Assembly (NCBI GenBank): GCA_036505535.1
Contig: DASXTI010000062.1
Coordinates: 124,585 to 188,584, forward strand
Source of the DNA: Thermoanaerobaculia bacterium
GTDB taxonomy: Bacteria > Acidobacteriota > Thermoanaerobaculia > UBA5066 > Gp7-AA6
Reading direction: 5' to 3'
DNA: 64,000 nt
The notes beneath the pieces were generated by a model. It had not been told where the DNA came from and did not search any database. It saw only the letters and a program-made list of their open reading frames with translations. Made by a program: the position numbers and the translations under genes. Positions within the stretch are counted from its first letter, which is position 1. Every line of letters starts with the position of its first letter. This document shows, piece by piece, positions 17,535 through 27,640 of this stretch.

Positions 17535-19400
17535 ATGGCAGGCAGGATGCTAGAAAAAATCGGCAAGTATGAGGTCTCCGAGCAGATCGGCGTCGGAGGT
17601 TTTGGCGCCGTCTACCGGGGCCGCGACCCGTTCATCAAACGTACGGTCGCCATCAAGACCTGTCAGGTCAACGACGAAGAGATCAAGCACCGGTTCTTTC
17701 GGGAGGCGGAGCTTGCGGGCAACCTCCACCATCGCAACATCACCACGATCTACGACTTCGGGGTGGAGAACGGCATTCCCTACATCGTCCAGGAGTTCTT
17801 GACCGGAGAGGATCTCGACAAGAAGATCAAGCGGGCCGAGCCCATTCCAATGGCCCGCAAGGTCGAGATTCTCATGGCCATCGCCGACGGCCTCGGATAT
17901 GCCCACAGCGCGAGCATCGTCCATCGCGACGTTAAGCCGGCCAACGTGCGCATCCTCGAGGACGGCACCGTCAAGATGATGGATTTCGGAATCGCCAAAT
18001 CGCTGCAGACCGAGTCGAACTTGACGCAGACAGGAACCACGCTCGGGACTTCCGCCTACCTCGCTCCCGAGCAGATCCGCGGCGAGCCACTCGACGGCCG
18101 GACCGACATCTTCGCCATGGGGGTCCTGGCCTACGAGCTTCTGACCCATCGCAAACCGTTTCGGGGCGAGCACCTCTCGACGGTTCTCTACAAGATCTTG
18201 AACGAGACGCCCGAGCCGATCGGCAGTCTCAGTCCGGACGCGCCGCCCGCTCTGGTCGCCGCTGTCAACCGCGCGATGGCAAAGACGCCCGCCGAGCGGT
18301 ACCCCACGATGGAGGCGTTCCGAAGGGACCTTCAGGCCGTTTACCGCGAGCTCCTCGGGAGTTCCGGCAAGTATCCGACGGCATTCGCGGACACCGGTCG
18401 AACGATCCGCACGGAGAGCTCCGAGGACCTCGAGACGACGCTGGCAACGCCGTCGAGCGGCGTCGCGCCGTCGAACATCACTCCCCCTTCGGGCGCACTG
18501 GCGCGGTCGCGCGCTCCCTCGGAGGCGACGCCGACTTCCGCCGGCATCGGGATCGGGGCTCGGCCTCCGCTCGAGCTCGTCAACTTCCGGGATCCCGGCG
18601 CGGACGCCGTCGCCGAAGAAGCGCCCCCCGGTTTGCGCCGGACCGCCGATACGCAGGTTGGAGTCAAGAAGACCCGTCTTGGGATCTTCGCCGCGATCCT
18701 GGTGCTCATCGCCGGTGCGGCGACCCTCCTGCTGAATCGTCCTCGCGAGGTCGCGCCGAAGCCGCCATCTCCGGCGCCCGTGCCCGCCGCGCCGACGGCC
18801 GCCCTGGAGTTCCCCGTGCCCAAGCTCGGTCAAGGCGAGCGGCCGGCGGCAAAGCCGCTTCCCGCCGAGGCGCCCCCGGCGACGGCACCTCTCCCGACGG
18901 CGGCCGCCGCGGCCCCCGCTCCCCCGCTCGAGAAACCGGTCGCGGTGGCCACCGCCAAGAAATACAAGGTTCAATTCAGCTCCGTGCCGATTGCGACCGT
19001 GTCGGTCGACGGGAAGCCGATCGGGCCCTCCATCCCCGCGCGCACTTTGCAGCTCGACGAGGGGGACCACAAGGTCCGCTTCGCGGCAAAAGGATTCCCC
19101 GCCTACGAGAAGGAATTTCACGTCAGCGGAAAGTCCGAGAACCGCATCCATTACCAGTTCCCCGTGACGATGCTCGTCATCGAGGCGCCGGGCTGGGCGG
19201 GCGCGCGCGTCCTCGTCGACGGTAAGTACAAAGGAATCCTCCCGGATGCTTCGCGCTTGAGACTCTCCGCCGGCTCCTACAACGTCACACTGTCGCGGGA
19301 CGGCGCCAATCCCGTCACCCAGAAGCTCACGCTATCGGAGGGAGCTCCGAAGACCTGGAATCCCCCACCGCCTTCTCCCGCGGGCCCGGGAGGCACCTGA
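17535..19400 (+). CDS. Ser/Thr protein kinase with single TM helix and C-terminal PEGA-like domain
   Basis: Hanks motifs (GVGGFGAVYRG, AIKTC, HRDVKPANV, DFGIAK, APEQ). TM segment FAAILVLIAGAATLLL. C-terminal KYKVQFSSVPIATVSVDGKPIG resembles a PEGA domain. Start at Met61 of track ORF (MAGRMLEKIGKYEV). Stop overlaps the next start (TGATG). Confidence 0.8.
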   Translation: MAGRMLEKIGKYEVSEQIGVGGFGAVYRGRDPFIKRTVAIKTCQVNDEEIKHRFFREAELAGNLHHRNITTIYDFGVENGIPYIVQEFLTGEDLDKKIKRAEPIPMARKVEILMAIADGLGYAHSASIVHRDVKPANVRILEDGTVKMMDFGIAKSLQTESNLTQTGTTLGTSAYLAPEQIRGEPLDGRTDIFAMGVLAYELLTHRKPFRGEHLSTVLYKILNETPEPIGSLSPDAPPALVAAVNRAMAKTPAERYPTMEAFRRDLQAVYRELLGSSGKYPTAFADTGRTIRTESSEDLETTLATPSSGVAPSNITPPSGALARSRAPSEATPTSAGIGIGARPPLELVNFRDPGADAVAEEAPPGLRRTADTQVGVKKTRLGIFAAILVLIAGAATLLLNRPREVAPKPPSPAPVPAAPTAALEFPVPKLGQGERPAAKPLPAEAPPATAPLPTAAAAAPAPPLEKPVAVATAKKYKVQFSSVPIATVSVDGKPIGPSIPARTLQLDEGDHKVRFAAKGFPAYEKEFHVSGKSENRIHYQFPVTMLVIEAPGWAGARVLVDGKYKGILPDASRLRLSAGSYNVTLSRDGANPVTQKLTLSEGAPKTWNPPPPSPAGPGGT

Positions 19401-21028
19401 TGAGACGAGCGCTTGCGCTCATGCTCGGTTTCATCCTCGCCGCCGCGGCGGCGAGCGCCCAGGATGTGGCAAAACTCGAGACCGAAGCTAAGCGCGCCTT
19501 CGATTCGGGCCGCTTCAGGGAAGCCGGCGAGAAGTACGCGAAGGCCGCCGAGACGACCGGATTACCCGCCGATCGGAAAGCCGATCTCCACCTGCAGAGC
19601 GCCTGGTCCTATTACATCGCGGGCAACTCGAAGAGCGCGCGCGAGGGATTGAAGTCCGCGCTGACCGCGAGGCCGGACCTGCAGGTCATTCCCGACTTCT
19701 ACAGTCCGGACTTCGCCAATCTCGCGGCGGCCGTGCGGGCCGAGGTCGCGGGAGCCAACCTGCCGTCGATCGACCTCGAGGAGCTAAAACGATCCGCGAA
19801 AGCCAAGCTCGCCGACGGCAAGACCGAGGAGGCCATCTACGATTTGAAACGGGCATCCGGCTCGACGGATCCCGAGGTGTTCCGGATCATGGCCGAGGCC
19901 AACGACCGTCTGGGCCGCGCCACGGAGGCGGACGCCGCCCGGCGGCGCGCTTCGGACCTCGAAAGGGGTCTCGTCAGCTCGGTGCCGATCGGCGTTCCTC
20001 CCGAGGGGACCGGCGCCGGTGCGCCGACAGGAGCCATCGCGGCGGTGGGTCCCCTGCTCGAGGCCGCGGAGAAGGCTCTCGCGGCCGGAGATTTTCGCGC
20101 GGCAGGCTTCTCCGCGCGACAGGCGTCAGAGGCCGAACCTCGAAATGCCGAGGCGCATCGCATTCTCGGGGACGCGGCGCTCGCCGCCGGCCAGGACGCT
20201 GACGCCGAGCGCGAGTTCACGGCGTCCATCGTGTTGGAATCGAGCAACCCAAAGGCCGAGCTGGGTCTTGCCGCCGTGGCCGAGCGTCAGAAGAAGTGGA
20301 ACACCGCGGCGAGTCATTACCGAAGGGCGTTGGACCTGAATCCCAAGAGCGTGGCCGCCGCGCGCGGCCTCGGCCGTTCCATGACCGAGCTCGGGGATCG
20401 GAGCGCCGCCCGAATCGCGTTCGGCCGCGCCATCGAGATCGATCCGGCCTCCGCCGAGGCGCGCAACGATTTCGGCGTCTTTCTGTTTCGCGCCGACGAG
20501 CCGGACCGGGCGGTCGAGGAATTGATCGAAGCCGTGCGCCTCGATCCGTCTCGACCCGTCTATCACGAGAACCTCGGCCGCGCGTTCCGCAAGAAGGCCA
20601 TGTGGAAAGAAGCCGAGCGCGAGCTCGTCGAGACGACGCGTTTGACTCCCAACGAGACGGCGGCCTGGATCGCGCTCGGACGGGTCCGCGCCGAGCAGAA
20701 GAAACTCGACGACGCGGCGACGGCGTTCTCCACGGCGCTGACGCTCGATCCTCTGAGCGAAGACGCGGCCACCGGCTTAGGCAGCGTCCTCGGGGCGGCC
20801 GGAAGGCTTCCGGAGGCCGAGACGGCGCTCACGAGGGCGATCGAGAGCAACGCGAAATCGCCCGCGCTCTGGAACAACCTCGGAGTCGTGCGGACGCAGC
20901 GCGGCGACTACGCCTCCGCCGTGGAGGCGTTTCGCAAGGCGCTCGCCCTCGACGGAGGGTTCGATGCCGCCAAGTCGAATCTGGCGCGCGCCACGGAGCT
21001 GGCGGCGCTGGATAAGGCCGCGTCCTGA
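19400..21028 (+). CDS. secreted TPR-repeat protein
   Basis: Signal peptide MRRALALMLGFILAAAAASA. Multiple TPR units (e.g. AEAHRILGDAALAAGQDADAEREFTASI, WNNLGVVRTQRGDYASAVEAFRKAL). Confidence 0.75.
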   Translation: MRRALALMLGFILAAAAASAQDVAKLETEAKRAFDSGRFREAGEKYAKAAETTGLPADRKADLHLQSAWSYYIAGNSKSAREGLKSALTARPDLQVIPDFYSPDFANLAAAVRAEVAGANLPSIDLEELKRSAKAKLADGKTEEAIYDLKRASGSTDPEVFRIMAEANDRLGRATEADAARRRASDLERGLVSSVPIGVPPEGTGAGAPTGAIAAVGPLLEAAEKALAAGDFRAAGFSARQASEAEPRNAEAHRILGDAALAAGQDADAEREFTASIVLESSNPKAELGLAAVAERQKKWNTAASHYRRALDLNPKSVAAARGLGRSMTELGDRSAARIAFGRAIEIDPASAEARNDFGVFLFRADEPDRAVEELIEAVRLDPSRPVYHENLGRAFRKKAMWKEAERELVETTRLTPNETAAWIALGRVRAEQKKLDDAATAFSTALTLDPLSEDAATGLGSVLGAAGRLPEAETALTRAIESNAKSPALWNNLGVVRTQRGDYASAVEAFRKALALDGGFDAAKSNLARATELAALDKAAS

Positions 21029-21050
21029 CAAGAGGGTCTCTCGTTTCGGG

Positions 21051-21120
21051 CCTCTGGTTCCTGGTTCTTCCTCTCATGACGACTCCTCCACCAGAAACCA
21101 GGGACCAGAAACCAGGAACC
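21051..21120. repeat. CTGGTT/AACCAG heptamer inverted array (hairpin) enclosing the DUF1684 start codon
   Basis: ggttcctggtt (21056-21066) pairs with aaccaggaacc (21110-21120). The right arm (accagaa accaggg accagaa accagga) encodes PETRDQKPGT of the downstream gene. Confidence 0.7.
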
Positions 21121-21948
21121 TCCATCTCTCGCGCATATATCGCCGAGATCGAGGCATGGCGCGCGAAACGCCTGGAGCGACTGCGCGCCGAAGACGGCTG
21201 GCCAACCGTCGTCGGTCTCTTCTGGCTGGAGGAGGGGGAAAACCCGGTCGGCAGCGCCTCCGGCAATCGAATCGTTCTGCCCGCGGGGAAGGCGCCTCCC
21301 GTCCTGGGCTCGATCGATCTCTCGCATGGTCGGGTGAGCCTTCGTGTCCGTCCCGGCGCGGACGTGCACGTAGATGGCAAGAGGGTCAAACAGGCGACGC
21401 TCTCCTCCGACGCGGACGGCCAACCGACGGTCGTGACCTATGGAACGCTTCGCTTCTATCTGATCGAGCGCGTGGGCCGTCTGGCCGTGCGCGTCAAGGA
21501 CAGCGCGAGCGAGGCGCGGCGCCGGTTCCACGGCCTCGACTCCTTTCCGATCGACCCGGCCTGGCGCCTCGAGGCGCGGTTCGAGCCCTACGATCCGCCG
21601 AATTCGATAGCTGTCCCCAACGTGCTCGGCGCCGTCGACTCGGAGAGATCGCCTGGGGCGATCGTCTTCGAGTACGGCGGCAAAGCGTACCGGCTCGACT
21701 CCGTGCTGGAGAAAGGCGAGATCGACTATTTCGTCATCTTCGGCGACCGCACGAATGGCGCGGAGACCTATGGAGCGGGACGCTTTCTCTACGTCTCCCC
21801 GCCCGCCGGCGGAAAGACCGTCATCGACTTCAACAAGGCCTACAACCCTCCCTGCGTCTTCACGCCCTATGCGACATGCCCGCTGCCGCCTCTGCAGAAC
21901 AAACTGCCGATTCGGGTCGAGGCCGGAGAGAAGGCGTATGAGCATTAG
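21076..21948 (+). CDS. DUF1684 domain protein
   Basis: Conserved DUF1684-like N-terminus (AYIAEIEAWRAKRLERLRAEDGWPTVVGLFWLEEG) and C-terminal CxF..Y..CPLPP motif. Confidence 0.75.
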   Translation: MTTPPPETRDQKPGTSISRAYIAEIEAWRAKRLERLRAEDGWPTVVGLFWLEEGENPVGSASGNRIVLPAGKAPPVLGSIDLSHGRVSLRVRPGADVHVDGKRVKQATLSSDADGQPTVVTYGTLRFYLIERVGRLAVRVKDSASEARRRFHGLDSFPIDPAWRLEARFEPYDPPNSIAVPNVLGAVDSERSPGAIVFEYGGKAYRLDSVLEKGEIDYFVIFGDRTNGAETYGAGRFLYVSPPAGGKTVIDFNKAYNPPCVFTPYATCPLPPLQNKLPIRVEAGEKAYEH

Positions 21949-22079
21949 TCGACAGTCGACAGTCGACAGTCGACAGTTGGGAGACGCAAGGCGGGCGAAA
22001 CATATAAGTAACTACTTATATGTTAGGCACCTCCGGCTATCGACTGTTGACTCTAGACTGTTGACTCTTGCCTCCCAAC
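21949..22079. repeat. composite convergent-terminator element: 4x GTCGACA tandem, AT palindrome CATATAAGTA-ac-TACTTATATG (22001-22022), inverted GTCAACAG copies
   Basis: Tandem tcgacag x4 at 21949-21977. Downstream revcomp partner cgactgttgactctagactgttgactc, with ttgggag/ctcccaa outer stem. AT palindrome copy 2 sits in the loop. Confidence 0.8.
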
Positions 22080-22661
22080 TCACTTCAGCGCGTCCAGCAG
22101 CTCTTTCAAGATCTTTGCGGTCGCTCCCCAGATGACGTAGGGGCCGTAATGGTAGAAGAGCGTCAGCTCTTCCCGATCGGGGAGGCACCGGCGCTCGAGC
22201 GCCTTTGGATCGAGCAGCGATGGAATTGGAACCTCGATCACCTCCGCAATTTCCGCCTCTGCCGGGCGGAAGGAGTACGGATGGGGGATCGCGGCCACGA
22301 AAGGCTCGACGTAAAAGTCGGTCACGGTGGTCAGCGGGGAGAGCGCTCCCAGCAACCGCACGTCGCCCGGCGTGAGGCCGAGCTCTTCTTCGGCTTCCCG
22401 CAATGCGGTCGACAGCAACGTGTCGTCCCCCTCCTCCTCGCCCCCTCCGGGGAAAGAGATCTGGCCTCTGTGGTGCTCGACCGTCTCCGTTCGGCGCGTC
22501 AGCAGGACGCGAAGGACGGTGTCGCGCACGAAGAGCGGTACGAGGACGCCGGCCCGGCGCTCCCCCTGCGCCCGCACGGGATTGCCCAAGTCCCGCGCCT
22601 CCAGTCGTGCGCGAATCTCCTCCATCCAGGAAATGGCCAGTGGTTCCGCGTCAAGAGGCAC
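22080..22661 (-). CDS. NUDIX hydrolase, CoA pyrophosphatase-like
   Basis: Nudix box [29 protein letters not shown]. NudL-like LLTRR motif. Confidence 0.8.
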   Translation of the reverse strand: MPLDAEPLAISWMEEIRARLEARDLGNPVRAQGERRAGVLVPLFVRDTVLRVLLTRRTETVEHHRGQISFPGGGEEEGDDTLLSTALREAEEELGLTPGDVRLLGALSPLTTVTDFYVEPFVAAIPHPYSFRPAEAEIAEVIEVPIPSLLDPKALERRCLPDREELTLFYHYGPYVIWGATAKILKELLDALK

Positions 22662-23770
22662 GGGCGCGGCTTCCCTCAGCGGCGGACCGCAGAAACGCCT
22701 CGATGAAGGGGGTTAGATCCCCGTCGAGGACGCGATCGGTGTCGCCGGTCTCGAACCCCGTGCGGTGATCTTTTACCATCCGATAGGGATGGAGAACATA
22801 CGAGCGGATCTGGCTTCCCCACTCGATCGACTTCTTGTCGCCGACGCGTTTCTCCTCCTCGGCCCGCCGCTCATCGAGAGCGCGCTGGTAGAGGCGAGCT
22901 CTCAGAACGCGCATCGCCATCTCGCGGTTGCGGCCCTGACTCCGTTCGTTCTGGCACGTCACGACGATTCCGGTGGGCAGGTGCGTCAAGCGAACCGCGG
23001 AATCGGTCACATTCACGTGCTGACCGCCGGCCCCGCTGGATCGGTACGTGTCGACGCGAAGGTCCTTGTCGTCGATCTCGATCTCGATGTCCTCGTCGAT
23101 TTCGGGAGACACGAACACCGATGCGAACGAGGTATGGCGCCGCTGGGCGGAGTCGAAGGGCGATATCCGGACGAGCCGGTGGACCCCCATTTCCCCCTTC
23201 AAATACCCGTAGGCGTGGTCGCCGACGACGTGGAGAGTGGCGCTCTTCAACCCCGCTTCTTCGCCGTCCTGCCGCTCGATCAATTCGGCCTTCCAGCCGC
23301 GGGACTCCGCAAAGCGCATATACATGCGGAGCAACATCTCAGCCCAGTCCTGCGACTCCGTTCCACCGGCGCCCGCGTGAATCATCAGCCATGTGTTCTT
23401 GGCATCGTCGGGAGACCCCATCTTGACGGCGAGCTCGAGCTCGTCGGCGAAGGTTCCGGCCGCGGCCAGCGTGGCGCGGGCATCGCCTTCCGCCGGCTCC
23501 CCTTCTCGAAGAAGTTCGGAAAGAGCTTCGAGCTCGCTGAGGAGCTCGTCGACGCGACCGGCGGTCTCGAACTTCCTCTCGACGCCGCGCGTCTCGCGCA
23601 GAACCTCCTGCGCTTCCTCCGGACGGGACCAGAAATCGGCCGCGGAGGCCTTTTCCTTCAGAAGCGAGAGCGCGCTCCGCGCCGCATCCAGATCAAAGGT
23701 AGCCCCGAAGCGCGGTCAGGCGCTCCGAGGCGGCCTTCAGGGAGGCGAGAAGATCGTCGCGTTCGGTCAT
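22651..23770 (-). CDS. prfB: peptide chain release factor 2 with programmed +1 ribosomal frameshift
   Basis: ORF-1 [25 protein letters not shown] ends at in-frame TGA. The +1 frame continues [15 protein letters not shown]... into track ORF 22651..23421 ([24 protein letters not shown] motif). Internal SD-like GGGGC before CTT TGA T. Start ATG overlaps lnt stop (ATGA). Confidence 0.85.
23690..23700 (-). promoter_or_regulatory. prfB +1 frameshift site (CTT TGA T on coding strand)
   Basis: Plus strand atcaaaggtag = minus strand CTA CCT TTG AT. Codon 26 is UGA preceded by CUU, as in the canonical RF2 autoregulatory site. Confidence 0.8.
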
Positions 23771-25317
23771 GAGAAGTCTTGAGTCATGAGCCGAGATTCA
23801 TGAGTCGACTGGCGGCCGCGCCGCCAGCGGGCGAGCCCGAAGAGTAACACGGCGGCGGCGGCGAGGTCCGCCGCGCGCGGGATCCAGAACCCCCACCGGA
23901 CCCACACCGTCCGCTCGTCGCGCAACCTCACGGTGCCGGTGACCGTCGTCTTCTCGTTCGGGCGAGACTCGGACAGGATTTTCCCCCTCGAGTCGGCGAT
24001 GCCCGAGATGCCGGTGATGGCGGCGCGGAGAAGGTAGCGTCCATTCTCGACGGAGCGGAGCACCGCGCCGGCGAAGTGCTGCTTCTGAGCCCCGGCGCGG
24101 CCGTACCAGGAGTCGTTCGAGATCGTAGCCAGGAGGTTGGCGCCGTTGGATACCTCGCGCCGCGCGAGCGACGGATACAGGATCTCGTAACAGACCCCGA
24201 CGCCGACCGCTACCGGCCCCGATCGGGTGACCGCCGGTTCCGTCGCCGCGGAGAACTCGCCGATCTCCGTCGAGATCTGCCGCACGAAGAAAAAGATCCT
24301 CGGCAAGGGAACGTATTCCCCGAAGGGGACGAGGTGGACCTTTCGGTAGATCGGATCTCCCATGCCCTCGGCCGAGAGCAGCCTCGCGACGTTGTAATAA
24401 CGACCGTCGGGCTCCTCCTTGACGTCGTTGAAGAGAATCCGCGGTCCGAGACGGGCGATCTCGGCCAGGTCCCGGCGCAGCGTCTCGCTTCGTTCCCAGT
24501 AGACGGGTAACGCCGACTCGGGAATGACGATGAGCGCCGGCAACTGATTGGCCGCCTCGCGCGCCTGTCCGAGAACGACGCGGTACGCCTGCGCGGCCCC
24601 CTCGGGCGTGGCGCGCATCTCTTCGGTCAGGTTGGGCTGAAGGAGGATGACGGACAGCTCTTCCCGATACGAAGCCGGAAGGGCCAGGCATCCGGCGCCC
24701 CACGATCCGGCGGCAAGAACGACCAGGGCGGCGAAGAGAAGGGGCCGAAGCCGCCGCGCGACCGCACCCGCCGCGAGCAAGGCCGCCACGCCGGCCACGA
24801 GTGCCCCGACGCCGTGGACACCCCAGATCGAGGCGGTCTGCAGCCACATAGGGTGTCGATAGAGGGCGTGCCCGGTCAAGTTCCACGGGAACCCTCCGTA
24901 GACGAACGAGCGCGCGTGCTCGGAAGCCGTCCACAGAAGAGGAAAGACGGCCAACCGAAGAGGCGATCCGGGTTGCGCGCACGCGACGGTTCCCCACGCA
25001 ACGATCGCCGGCCATTCCGCGAGGATCGACGCCAGAATGATCAGGCTCACGACTCCCAGCGGCCCGCTTTGTCCGCCGTAGTGCGTCACGACGTAAACGA
25101 TCCATGGAATCGACGCGCACCAGTAGGCCAGGCCAAAGAGGAACCCCGAAAGGAGCGCGCGGCTGAGGCTCTTCTCCGAGCACAGGAAGACGAGCCACGG
25201 GACGAGCGCCAGCGGAAGCAGCAACACCCACTCGACGGGCGGAAAGGCGAGAGCGAGGAGAAGACCCGAGAGAACGCCCGCCGCCGGCGTGCGCCATCCC
25301 CCCGTTCCCCCTCTCAC
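23767..25317 (-). CDS. lnt: apolipoprotein N-acyltransferase
   Basis: N-terminal polytopic membrane domain plus C-terminal CN-hydrolase domain (LLQPNLTEE, VIPESALP, RKVHLVPFGEYVP, VGVCYE catalytic Cys). Confidence 0.85.
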   Translation of the reverse strand: MRGGTGGWRTPAAGVLSGLLLALAFPPVEWVLLLPLALVPWLVFLCSEKSLSRALLSGFLFGLAYWCASIPWIVYVVTHYGGQSGPLGVVSLIILASILAEWPAIVAWGTVACAQPGSPLRLAVFPLLWTASEHARSFVYGGFPWNLTGHALYRHPMWLQTASIWGVHGVGALVAGVAALLAAGAVARRLRPLLFAALVVLAAGSWGAGCLALPASYREELSVILLQPNLTEEMRATPEGAAQAYRVVLGQAREAANQLPALIVIPESALPVYWERSETLRRDLAEIARLGPRILFNDVKEEPDGRYYNVARLLSAEGMGDPIYRKVHLVPFGEYVPLPRIFFFVRQISTEIGEFSAATEPAVTRSGPVAVGVGVCYEILYPSLARREVSNGANLLATISNDSWYGRAGAQKQHFAGAVLRSVENGRYLLRAAITGISGIADSRGKILSESRPNEKTTVTGTVRLRDERTVWVRWGFWIPRAADLAAAAVLLFGLARWRRGRQSTHESRLMTQDFS

Positions 25318-25320
25318 GCC

Positions 25321-26202
25321 TTACGTCTGGCGCGCGGCCACGGCGGCGAGGGCTTCCTCCGCACGGTACGACGACCTCACGAACGGACCGGAGAAGACCT
25401 GCCGGAAGCCCAGTCTCTCCCCGTACTCCCGATGCCGATCGAACACCTCCGGCGCCACGTATTCGGAGACCGGCAGATTCTCGCGCGAGGGGCGAAGGTA
25501 CTGGCCGATCGTGACGATGTCCACCCCAGACTCCCGCAACCGACCGAGCAGCTCGCGGACCTCCTCATCGCGTTCGCCGAGTCCGAGCATGAAGCCCGAC
25601 TTCGTCGTGAGATTCGGGTCGAGAATCTTGGCCGCCGACAGTAAGCCGAGCGAGCGGTCGAGCCGGGCGCCGCGGCGCACCCGAGTGTAGAGTCGCGGCA
25701 CGGTTTCGACGTTGTGATTGAAGACGTCGGGCTTCGCCTCCACGACGACCCGCAGAGAATCGAAGCGACCCAGAAAGTCGGGTGTCAGAACCTCGATCGA
25801 GGGGGGCGGCTCGAGGGATCGAACAGCCCGCATCGTCTCCACGAAGTGGGCCGCTCCTCCGTCGGGCAGATCGTCCCTGTTGACCGACGTCAGAACGACG
25901 AACCGCAGCCCCATCTCCGCGACAGCCGCTCTGACGCGCCACGGCTCCATGGGATCCACCGGCCGGGGTACTCCGTTGGCGATGTCGCAGAATCCGCAGG
26001 CCCGCGTGCAGACGTCACCGAGTAAGAGGAACGTCGCGGTTCCGCGCGAGAAGCATTCCCCCCGATTGGGGCAGCGCGCCTCTTCGCACACGGTATGCAG
26101 CGAATGGGAGCGCATGACGCTCTTGATTACGTGAAGATCGGAGAGCCGGAGCTTGCGTTCGCGGATCCAGCCCGGTGCGCGGAGGGGCGGTGGCGCGCTC
26201 AC
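25321..26202 (-). CDS. lipA: lipoyl synthase
   Basis: Radical-SAM CxxxCxxC (CTRACGFC) and N-terminal auxiliary cluster cysteines (CEEARCPNRGEC). High overall similarity to LipA. Confidence 0.9.
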   Translation of the reverse strand: MSAPPPLRAPGWIRERKLRLSDLHVIKSVMRSHSLHTVCEEARCPNRGECFSRGTATFLLLGDVCTRACGFCDIANGVPRPVDPMEPWRVRAAVAEMGLRFVVLTSVNRDDLPDGGAAHFVETMRAVRSLEPPPSIEVLTPDFLGRFDSLRVVVEAKPDVFNHNVETVPRLYTRVRRGARLDRSLGLLSAAKILDPNLTTKSGFMLGLGERDEEVRELLGRLRESGVDIVTIGQYLRPSRENLPVSEYVAPEVFDRHREYGERLGFRQVFSGPFVRSSYRAEEALAAVAARQT

Positions 26203-26834
26203 TTGCCTTCCGGCACGACCCAGGGCTGCTTGATCTTCTCCTGCCGGGAGAGCCAGCTGGCGGCGCGGCTCGCCTCTTCTTCCGAGCGATAGGGGCCTGT
26301 GCGGATCCGGAAGAGCCTTCCCTTCGGGCCGCTCGCCGTGACGACCTGAGTGTGAAACCCATGCTTGGAGAGGCGCCGACTGATCGCGTTGGCCTCCTCG
26401 TGCGAGGCGAGTGACGCTACTTGCACCCAGTACGCCCCCCCTCCTGAGACCGGGCCCTTCCCCTTCGGCATGGGCGTTAAGGCGAGCGCCTCCTCGGTCG
26501 TCCCATCCTCGAAGGGACGAAGCGCCGACGGAATCGTCGCTTCGGTGGAGGCGGACATGGCCGGTGTTCGGCCCGCCGCGAGCTCCGTTCGGGAAGGCCC
26601 GGATGAGGCCGCCGTCGGCACGGCGGTCTCGACCGGCGGCATCCCTTCGACGGAGGACGACTTCTCGGCGACGGCGGCGACCTGCGCCGCGCGAGGCGGC
26701 CTTTCCCGCCCGGCGAATCCCGCCATCAGGCCGAAGAAGAACGCCAATCCGAGAGAGAGCAGCAGGCCGACGAAGAGACCGACCGCCTGTCGGGCGGTGA
26801 GCGAGATCTGATAATGCGTGCGCGGCTCACTCAC
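26199..26834 (-). CDS. SPOR-domain protein with N-terminal TM anchor
   Basis: GTG start giving VSEPRTHYQ + TM VGLFVGLLLSLGLAFFFGLMAGF. C-terminal SPOR domain (YWVQVASLASHEEANAISRRLSKHGFHTQVV...LFRIRTGPYRSEEEA). The upstream 300 codons of track ORF 26199..27782 were rejected as shadow. Confidence 0.6.
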   Translation of the reverse strand: MSEPRTHYQISLTARQAVGLFVGLLLSLGLAFFFGLMAGFAGRERPPRAAQVAAVAEKSSSVEGMPPVETAVPTAASSGPSRTELAAGRTPAMSASTEATIPSALRPFEDGTTEEALALTPMPKGKGPVSGGGAYWVQVASLASHEEANAISRRLSKHGFHTQVVTASGPKGRLFRIRTGPYRSEEEASRAASWLSRQEKIKQPWVVPEGK

Positions 26835-26872
26835 GGCGCAAGTGTAGCAGTCTGTCCTCTCCGCGAAGCCGA

Positions 26873-27640
26873 CTACGTCTTGCCGCGGTTCAGAAACGAG
26901 CTGATCAAGTCGATCGGCAGCGGAAAGACGATCGTCGAGTTCTTCTCGTTGGCGATCTCCGTGAGCGTCTGGAGGTATCGCAACTGAAGCGTGGCGGGTT
27001 GGCGCCCGATGATCTCCGCCGCGGCGGAAAGTTGGGTGGCGGCCTGGTACTCCCCTTCCGCATGGATGATCTTGGCTCGCTTCTCGCGCTCCGCCTCCGC
27101 CTGCTTGGCCATCGCGCGTTGCATCTCGGGGGGCAGGTCGACCTGTTTGACTTCGACGAGCGACACCTTGACTCCCCAGGGCTGCGTGTGCTCGTCGATC
27201 ACCTTCTGCAGGTCGAGATTCAGCTTCTCTCGCTCGGAGAGGAGCTCGTCGAGCAAGGCCTGTCCCAGAATGCTTCGGAGCGTCGTCTGCGCGAGCTGTG
27301 AGGTCGCGTAGAGGAAGTTCTCGACCTGAACGACGGCCTTCTCCGGCTCGACCACTCGGAAGTAGACGACCGCGTTGACCTTCACCGACACGTTGTCCCG
27401 GGTGATGATGTCCTGGGGAGGCACGTCGTGCACGACGGTCCGGAGCGACATCCGAACCATCCGCTCGAAGGGCCAGAAGATCAGCACCAGTCCGGGTCCT
27501 TTCGGCTGTTTTCCGAGCCGGCCCAGCCAGAAGGTGACCCCTCGCTCGTACTCGTTCAAGACGTTGATCCACTTGAAGAGGAAGAGCAGCAGGATGAAGC
27601 CCGCCACCAGGACACCCGGGATCGACAGCACCTCTCTCAT
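26873..27640 (-). CDS. SPFH/band-7 (stomatin-like) protein
   Basis: N-terminal TM + SPFH domain ([14 protein letters not shown]...[22 protein letters not shown]). Coiled-coil [16 protein letters not shown]. Confidence 0.8.
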   Translation of the reverse strand: MREVLSIPGVLVAGFILLLFLFKWINVLNEYERGVTFWLGRLGKQPKGPGLVLIFWPFERMVRMSLRTVVHDVPPQDIITRDNVSVKVNAVVYFRVVEPEKAVVQVENFLYATSQLAQTTLRSILGQALLDELLSEREKLNLDLQKVIDEHTQPWGVKVSLVEVKQVDLPPEMQRAMAKQAEAEREKRAKIIHAEGEYQAATQLSAAAEIIGRQPATLQLRYLQTLTEIANEKNSTIVFPLPIDLISSFLNRGKT

